A stretch of 46,311 nucleotides of DNA from Octopus bimaculoides (taxonomy: Eukaryota). The translations under genes and the position numbers were made by a program. Positions 38,906 through 46,311 of this stretch are shown here, in pieces. The first letter of the stretch is position 1. Each line of letters starts with the position of its first letter. Under the pieces are notes generated by a model. It was not told the origin of the DNA. It did not search any database and saw only the letters and a list, made by a program, of their open reading frames with translations. The DNA is taken from positions 107,065,521 to 107,111,831 of the forward strand of contig NC_068981.1 of NCBI RefSeq assembly GCF_001194135.2, written 5' to 3'.

Positions 38906-40142
38906 ACCTGAAGGACTTTGACCTTTTTTGATAATATTATAATTTCACTTAGCAATGTTGCAATTTTGAGAAACATTAGGTTAATTGTAAATACTCATTG
39001 TAGTGTAACTGACAGAGTAGTTATCTAAAATAATGGAGTATCCAACGACTAGCCAAGAAGCTAGAGTTTTAAATCTTGTCACCGACACTGCTGAAATATT
39101 TTGCTTTCAGCATCCAAGTCAACATATTTCTGAATAAGTATCATGACTTGTATAATTAATTGTTGTAAGAAGTGACAGTACTGTGGAATTAACCAAATAA
39201 TTTATAGGTTTATACATAGAACTCAGTACCTTCCATGGTAAACCTATATGTGATGGACGTTTCTTATCAAAAGGAAGATTTGTTTCTCACTTGCTTAATT
39301 ATGGAATCAGAGTTAATTACAAGCGCCAAGGACTTTTGTGATTCAAGAAACTAATGTAGAATAACTACAATTCCACATTTTATTATAACTGTACCAACAT
39401 AAGTAGCTATTCAGATACATACGGATGTAATATTTATCTGCATGTTTCTAATGACTCAGTATTTACTGCATTTCAGGTGTCCTCAAAGTCTTGAAGTATT
39501 GCATAATTTATTCATTTGGCTCAAAAATTTTCCCCTTCTTCTTTCACTTCTTATACTGTCGACAATTATACTTCAGTTCATGGAAATTGTGTGACTGTGA
39601 TATATTAGGGTTAGAATTAGTTAAGTTATTTGTATTTTAAGAAATTCTGTCGAATATAATTTATTGAAAAGTCATCATTAAGGAAATCTTCAATAATTAA
39701 AAGTTATTTGATGTTGAAAGGTGATTAACAAATTGTTTTTTGTTGATGGTGATTTTTCATTTTTCTTTTATCTTCATAAGGAAATTTCTTTGCTGTCTAC
39801 TCTTGAAACATGGTACTTCATAACTTTTCATTATTTAAATGTTGATTAAATGTAAAAACAAAATGACTTCAAATTTATCATAATGGATGGGAAAAAATCA
39901 TTGAAACTGTTGATGTAACAAACAACTATACATCTGTTTAGTGTCATTTTAATAAGATAAGTTCTAATAATATCAGCAATATTCTCAAGCTGAGCTAATG
40001 AACTTTCCTGTTTATAGAAACAAGATTGAAATGTTGCCGGCAAATGACCTCAAAATTGTGTGACCTGACCTCATTTCCAAGGTTATTTTAGTAATAAAAA
40101 AGAGTTGTTGTGCCAAAAATATAGTTTATTTGGTAGCCTTTA

Positions 40143-40207
40143 TATTGGGTCATCCCATAATGCATTTTTTAATACTCTTTATTTTTCTAAATTAAGATAA
40201 ACGTTCT

Positions 40208-40216
<9 letters not shown>
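40143..40216 (-). mobile_element. Solo terminal fragment of the same mariner family as 12000-12842
   Basis: tattgggtcatcccataa...tgcattttttaatactc...aattaagataaac aligns to the reverse complement of 12765-12842. It ends in (TA)n. Confidence 0.75.
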
Positions 40217-40240
<24 letters not shown>

Positions 40241-40272
40241 CATGCATACATACGTGTGTGTGNNNNNNNNNN

Positions 40273-40318
<46 letters not shown>

Positions 40319-41347
40319 ATGCATATATACATGCGTACAAATACCATTCAAGTACAGTAGTAGTTAAATAATATTCTTAAGGCTGCAATTTACTCACATG
40401 CAGCATCTTCAGAGCTTTGTCACTTATTCAGTTCTTAACCAAATTGAAAACTGTTAACATTCTTAAAGAGAGCTGCTCCTTAGCTACATTTTGGCATTAA
40501 AAAAATTGAGATTTGGTCCAGTAGAAAAAAGTTTACATCAACATTTGTAGCAACATTATAGGAGAGTAAGTAATGCCTCCAGTCAAGTTTAGATGTAAAT
40601 AACTTATTTATTTTAAAAGCAAAATATATTTATCTTAGCTTCAATGATAGAAGAAAGCATGAAGAATCTCATAGTTTTGATCCCATGCAGCAAAAAATTT
40701 GTATCAAAACAGTTGTGAGGTAAAATATCAAGGCAAAAAATTGGATTGAAGTATAATTAACTGTTTTATTTTAAAAACAAATTATATATTAGTTAAGCTT
40801 AAATGGTAGAGCTCAATTTAAGGAATTTCATAGTATCAATCTTATGCAATGAAGTTTTAAAAGAAAAGAGTTATGAGTGTTTATTTCTCAAATTTGAGGG
40901 TGATAATATAATTCTATACTTTTTTATGAATATAGTTCTATAAAGGAACTTTTAATATATGTTACCGGCGTCACTGAGGTAAGGAAAAAAAATTATCAAT
41001 GACACCACTAATTTGCAATTAGTTTAACTATCATTTGTATTAATTAATGCGATTATATCATAAAAAAATAATAAAAAAATATTATTTAGAAATTTTGGCA
41101 ATCTTTTGTTTTAATTCGGCGTTCAGTAAATTCCATAAAAAATTTTTTATTTTGTGAGTGGAAATGTACATTTTGTTTGAAGCCAGCATAAAGTGAAAGA
41201 GAGAGGACATGAACATGTGTATGTGTTGATGAGGAATGCAAAACAGAAAGTGTGTGTTGTATGTATATGAGAGAGTGAGAGTGACAGCATACATTTTTGA
41301 ATTTTTTCTCACATCTTTTTTCAGTGAATGTGTGAGTGGTTGACTGG

Positions 41348-41523
41348 GAGAGAGAGAGAGAGAAAGAAGGTGTGTGTGTGTGTGTGTGTGACAGAGCGAG
41401 AGAGAGAGAGAGACAGCGTAAATTTTATTTAGCTACTTATACATACATGCAAAAAAAATTTACACCAACATTCTCTCTCTCTTTCACACACACACACACA
41501 CAGAGCAAGACACACTATGTCTC

Positions 41524-41564
<41 letters not shown>

Positions 41565-41683
41565 CAGCACCTNNNNNNNNNNNNNNNNNNNNNNNNNNNN
41601 NNNNNNNNNNNNNNNNNNNNNNNNNNNNNNNNNNNNNNNNNNNNNNNNNNNNNNNNNNNNNNNNNNNNNNNNNNNNNNNNNNN

Positions 41684-41724
<41 letters not shown>

Positions 41725-41780
41725 TCCCTATCTCTCTATCTCTGTGACAACACACACCTCTCTCTCTCTCAGTCAATCAC
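41348..41780. repeat. (GA)n/(GT)n then (CA)n/(CT)n microsatellite cluster around N gap 41573-41683
   Basis: Directly visible. Confidence 0.95.
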
Positions 41781-42333
41781 TCAAAAAATACACAAGGAAA
41801 AATAAATGAAAAGAATGTACATTGTCACTCACTCACACACAGCACACACCTCTCTCTCTCTCACGCACATACATGCACACACAACACACTCTTTAAATTT
41901 ATTATTCAACTTTCAATAAAGTAAAATCTTAAATTATTAATTGACACATTATTAATTAGCATAACAGCATAGCCTGGAAAAAAAACATGCTTTTGTTCTG
42001 TACATTACTAGATGTAATAACTTGTCCTAAACTTTTCGAGGTGTAGTGACTTGTCCTGTACTTTTCCAGGTTTATGATCTTAAGAATATTATTTCTTTTG
42101 CTCATATTTTTCATATAATATATAAATCAAGCCAAGGAAAAAGCCATTTCCTTCAAAGGGATGGAAAACATCCAATTTTTACTGGTGCTTCTGTTGAATG
42201 CCACAAATAAAATGGTATAATTATAATATACAAATATTAAAGGGAGTATAGAAATACAATTGACATATTAAAAATTTATTTACATTATAATATAATTATA
42301 CTATAAAAAGATATGATATAATAAATAATTAAA

Positions 42334-42432
42334 ACAAATATATATCCAACAATTTGTTTCGACTCACATCCACTAGTGAATTTATAAAAAATTCACATTT
42401 ATGCATACGAGTCTCCTCAGGGTAATATTTGT
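42334..42432 (-). ncRNA. Type-I hammerhead ribozyme, intact
   Basis: Minus strand reads acaaatattacc-CUGAGGA-GACUC...GAGUC-GAAA-caaatt-GUU-ggatatatatttgt. Stem II is a perfect 5 bp and encloses an 8-bp inner hairpin (gtgaattt/aaattcac). Stem III is 3 bp. Stem I is 12 bp with two single bulges. Predicted cut between 42348 and 42347. Confidence 0.82.
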
Positions 42433-43833
42433 ACAAAAAACAAAAATCCCATGCAAGGACTGCTAAATCACAAAAGAGACTGATTTAAAATATACCTCTG
42501 TTTACAAGCATGAGCATTAATAATTCAAAAATGTAATAAATATAATATGAACAAAAGCAAAATTCAAATAGATAAAATAGTTAAGTAAAGAAAAATTACA
42601 ACGGCCATAAAATGTTCTTATGCATCTCCAATAATATTAATCTAAAGATATTTAATTGAAAATAATCCCTGGCCTTTTTATTATATAAGTTCTATATGAT
42701 ATGTTAAGAATTTATGGCAGAGTAGGAAATATATTTTATTTCAAATTACTATATACTGTGATGAAAAAATAAATAGATAAGGTCATATTTTATTCAGACA
42801 CTAAATTCATTAAAAAAAATTTTTAATCAACAATTCATTCACTCAAAAGTTTCTACTCAATACACCGATGTTAAACAAATGTATAAAGTTATAATTATTA
42901 TAAACGATGCTATTTCTTACATAAAAATGATAATATATAAATAAATAAAGTATCAGAATATTACTTAGTTTTACAGAAGGGAATAAATTAGAGTAAGCCA
43001 ATAGTTTTATTATTCTATAATTTTTATATGTATATAAGTTCGAAAGAACATAATATGATGATACATACTACAAGAAATATTCGTATATGCATAATTATTC
43101 AAAAAGGTATATAATTATATATAATAATTATTCTAATCTATTTATTCGTCGTAATATAAACATTATTCTTAGTAAATAACAGGTATAAAAACACAAATTT
43201 ACTTCATTTATCAGAGGAAAATACAACCGTAAATCAGTGTTTATATATTTATACATAATTACTTATGGAAAAATAACCGGAACGTACTTATAATAGAAAT
43301 GTTTTTACTCACGATAGGGCCTTTTATAAAATTATCCATATATTATTATTCGATTTATATAAGTATAATCATTTTATATGAAGATGATAGCATAATTAAA
43401 ACTTATGTCCTAAATTTAACTACAAATATAGTAATATAGTTTACACTTAAGACAAATATACTTTATGGTACTTAATATTAAATTTATAAATTAATCCACT
43501 GAAATATTATAGATATCCTCTTTAATATATTAGTTTAAAGCTACAAACCTTTCAGCTAAAATAAAATAACTTACAAATTGTTCAGTATAACAACAAAATT
43601 TGGCCTCAAATACAATTACGTGACAATTATGTCGCATTATAAGGTTGGGGAAAATATCACAAGGAAAAAAATTTGTTCATGTCATCTTGCATAACTTTAA
43701 AATTTTATCACAACCTAATACAATGATCAATTTTTTAATTTTTTAATTTATTTATTTAAGACATACAAATTCAAATATATGTATATGTACACACACATAT
43801 ATATACATACACACATGTGCATATATACACATA

Positions 43834-45187
43834 CATCATCATCATCGTTTAACGTCCGCTTTCTATGCTAGCATGGGTTGGACGATTTGACTGAGGACTG
43901 GTGAAACCAGATGGCTACACCAGGCTCCAATCTGATTTGGCAGAGTTTCTACAGCTGGATGCCCTTCCTAACGCCAACCACTCAAAGAGTGTAGTGGGTG
44001 CTTTTATATGCCACCGGCATGAAGGCCACTCAGGCGGTACTGGCAATGGCCACACTCAAAATGGTGTATTTTATGTGCTACCTGCACAGGAGCCAGTCCA
44101 GTGACACTGGCAATGATCTCACTCGAATGACTTTTCACNNNNNNNNNNNNNNNNNNNNNNNNNNNNNNNNNNNNNNNNNNNNNNNNNNNNNNNNNNNNNN
44201 NNNNNNNNNNNNNNNNNNNNNNNNNNNNNNNNNNNNNNNNNNNNNNNNNNNNNNNNNNNNNNNNNNNNNNNNNNNNNNNNNNNNNNNNNNNNNNNNNNNN
44301 NNNNNNNNNNNNNNNNNNNNNNNNNNNNNNNNNNNNNNNNNNNNNNNNNNNNNNNNNNNNNNNNNNNNNNNNNNNNNNNNNNNNNNNNNNNNNNNNNNNN
44401 NNNNNNNNNNNNNNNNNNNNNNNNNNNNNNNNNNNNNNNNNNNNNNNNNNNNNNNNNNNNNNNNNNNNNNNNNNNNNNNNNNNNNNNNNNNNNNNNNNNN
44501 NNNNNNNNNNNNNNNNNNNNNNCAGGTCTTCCTGGGCCTGCCTCTTCCACAGGTTCCCTCAACCGCTAGGGTGTGGCACTTTTTCACACAGCTATCCTCA
44601 TCCATTCTTGCCATGTGACCATACCAGCGCAATCGTCTCTCTTGCACACCACAACTGATGCTTCATAGGTTCAACTTTTCTCTCAAGGTACTTACACTCT
44701 GTCGAGTATGCACACTGACATTACTCATCCATCGGAGCATTCTGGCTTCATTCCTTTCGAGCTTACGCATGTCCTCAGCAGTTACAGCCCATGTTTCACT
44801 GCCATGTAGCATGGCTGTTCGTACACATGCATCATACAGTCTGCCTTTTACTCTGAGTGAGAGGCTCTTTGTCACCAGCAGAGGTAAGAGCTCATTGAAC
44901 TTTGCCCAGGCTATTCTTATTCTAACAGCTACACTTTCAGCGCATCCTCCCCCACTACTAACTTGGTCACCCAGATAGCGGAAGCTATCAACTACGTCTA
45001 GTTTTTCTCTCTGGAGTGTGGCAGAAGTTGTTTTCTGCACACATTTTCAGTGTCTATTGCTCCTGAACATCTGCCACATGCAAAAACTAATTTCCTAGTT
45101 AACCTTCCTTTGATATTGCTGCACCTCTTATGTGTCCATAGCTTGCACTGGGTACATCTTATAGAGTTTCTACCTACACCTTTTCTA
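43834..45187 (-). mobile_element. 5'-truncated RTE-clade LINE (young), (ATG)n tail, N gap 44139-44522
   Basis: A single frame reads RKGVGRNSIRCTQCKLWTHKRC...CGRC (Cys insert), VDSFRYLGD, RIRIAWAKFNELLPLL, GRLYDACVRTAMLHGSETW and QERRLRWYGHMARM...GRGRPRKT. There is one in-frame TGA at 44663-44665. The 3' UTR ends in a (cat)n tract on the + strand. Confidence 0.93.
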
Positions 45188-46157
45188 GTTGGTGGTCAGT
45201 GTGTGTCCCTTGTATTCCTAGATGGTTGCTGACAGCTCATTGGATCTCCTGGCTTTGGTCGGCCTTCATATTTTCTAGATAATTTAGTAAATAAGAGTTG
45301 CCTCTTTGGTTTGCCACTTGGTCAGATGATACATAGTTCATGTTTATGTTATTTGATGTTATGGTTTTCCATAGTTCTGTCTTCGTTGTTTGGTTTTAGG
45401 AGGTGAAATATGGTTGTATTTTGTTTTTGTTGTTTTCATAGGTCTCCTCTGTTGCTGTTTATATTTATTTTTTTATCGTTTTGTGCCCTTCAGATGGTGG
45501 TGTTTGCATTATGGGTTCAAGCACATCCTTAGTGACACAGAAGTTTGGTACAGACTAAGATGGAAGAATGTGCATCCATTGCCTTTTGTGCATCCATATT
45601 TAGGATCAGGGCCATGGACTTTGTATTTAGGACAGTATTTGGGGTGGAGGTGAAGACAGTTTTTTTCCTGTTATACCATATGGACAGGTGCCCTTAACAA
45701 GTCTAGGGCATGAGGTAGGATGGAAAAAAGCACAGCTTTCCTTGTTGTTGGTGCCGCTGGGGCCAAATCTACAGTTACCTTGAGAATGGTAACGACAGGG
45801 TTTTTGACATGGGCATAGTAGAGTTTTTTTCTGTATTGGCAGGCTCATTGGTCAGTGGTCCTATTGTAGTAGCAGTAGCAGACTGTTGTTGCTGTAGCGG
45901 CAGTAGGGCTGAGTAGAATCAGGTCAAATAGTGGTGCCAAACAAGGTACTTCCAATGTAGTAGCTGTAGCAGGCTGTTGTTGTTGTGAGTCCTGGCTTGC
46001 CACAGTAGTGTTGGGTGGAATTAGGTCAGATAGCAATATCAATGAGGATGTTGTTTGCTGCTGGTTAATAGGTCATTGAAGTGACCCCTTGTCCTGTTGG
46101 CATTGGGTCAGTTGATCCACTATGTCCCTTGACAACTATGGCTTCCACTGTTACCAT
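45188..46157 (-). pseudogene. Decayed ORF with four tandem CCCH-type zinc fingers (45476-45797); probable retrotransposon ORF1
   Basis: CRYHSQGNCRFGPSGTNNKESCAFFHP, CPRLVKGTCPYGITGK-(frameshift in A run)-CLHLHP, CPKYKVHGPDPKYGCTKGNGCTFFH, (Y)QTSVSLRMCLNP*CKHHHLKGT. Possible ATG at 46157. Assignment to a LINE ORF1 is from recall of similar invertebrate sequences; the clade is not determined. Confidence 0.65.
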
Positions 46158-46220
46158 GTGCGTGTGTAAAGACTTAATAATAGTTATGTATGTGGTTTTT
46201 CGTGTTTTGTTCGAAAGGTA

Positions 46221-46306
46221 ACCACTCCTGAAGAAGTGCCAAATGTCTAAATCCAATGGACCAGTCACTGGATAAGTTTGGCACAGAAATGTTAACATAG
46301 AGTGGT
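46221..46306 (+). ncRNA. Type-I hammerhead ribozyme with A.A mismatch at the stem II closing pair
   Basis: accactc-CUGAAGA(46228-34)-a-gtgccaaa...tttggcac-a-GAAA(46286-89)-tgttaac-AUA(46297-99)-gagtggt. Stem I is a perfect 7 bp and stem II is 8 bp. Stem III is the 10-nt palindrome atgttaacat. A46235 faces A46285, where HHRs usually have G-C. Confidence 0.82.
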
Positions 46307-46311
46307 GAATA

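Noticed and set aside
41900-43760. AT-rich block as a mitochondrial insertion (NUMT)
   Set aside because: I could not recognise any mitochondrial protein, rRNA or tRNA sequence. A BLAST against mitogenomes would settle it.
44119-44618. Long ORFs spanning N gaps (also 6209-6821)
   Set aside because: Their length is an artefact of X codons.
44755-44778. Minus-strand CUGAGGA...GAAA
   Set aside because: It is RT coding sequence (TAEDMRKLERNE); the closing pair is C.C and there is no cleavage triplet.
23928-46311. Next GALNT exon (ARL.GA, FLD[A/S]HCE)
   Set aside because: No matching sequence was found by eye. It probably lies beyond the window; a manual miss is possible.

Overview
AT-rich, microsatellite-dense animal genomic DNA from a draft scaffold with four N gaps. 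The SINE, RTE and MITE families look like those of octopus (inference from repeat recognition). The window appears to be almost entirely intronic within one + strand gene: a polypeptide N-acetylgalactosaminyltransferase of the GALNT1/13 group. Two coding exons are present (8367-8532, 23758-23927) and they splice in frame. The start/TM exon and the exon carrying the DxH motif were not found and probably lie outside the window. The introns hold Tc1/mariner relics, TTAA-flanked piggyBac-type MITEs, tRNA-SINEs, RTE and CR1-like LINE remnants, a Penelope-like RT/GIY-YIG element and a CCCH zinc-finger ORF1 relic. The main non-obvious result is six type-I hammerhead ribozyme (HHR) motifs with complete CUGANGA/GAAA/NUH cores, plus one relic. 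Two of them form a 135-bp near-perfect inverted repeat. Its only two mismatches are A:C in the sense RNA, and both break ribozyme helices. Both antisense HHRs keep their core-proximal pairs, while all four sense HHRs carry lesions. All folding, counts and alignments were done by eye and need computational confirmation.
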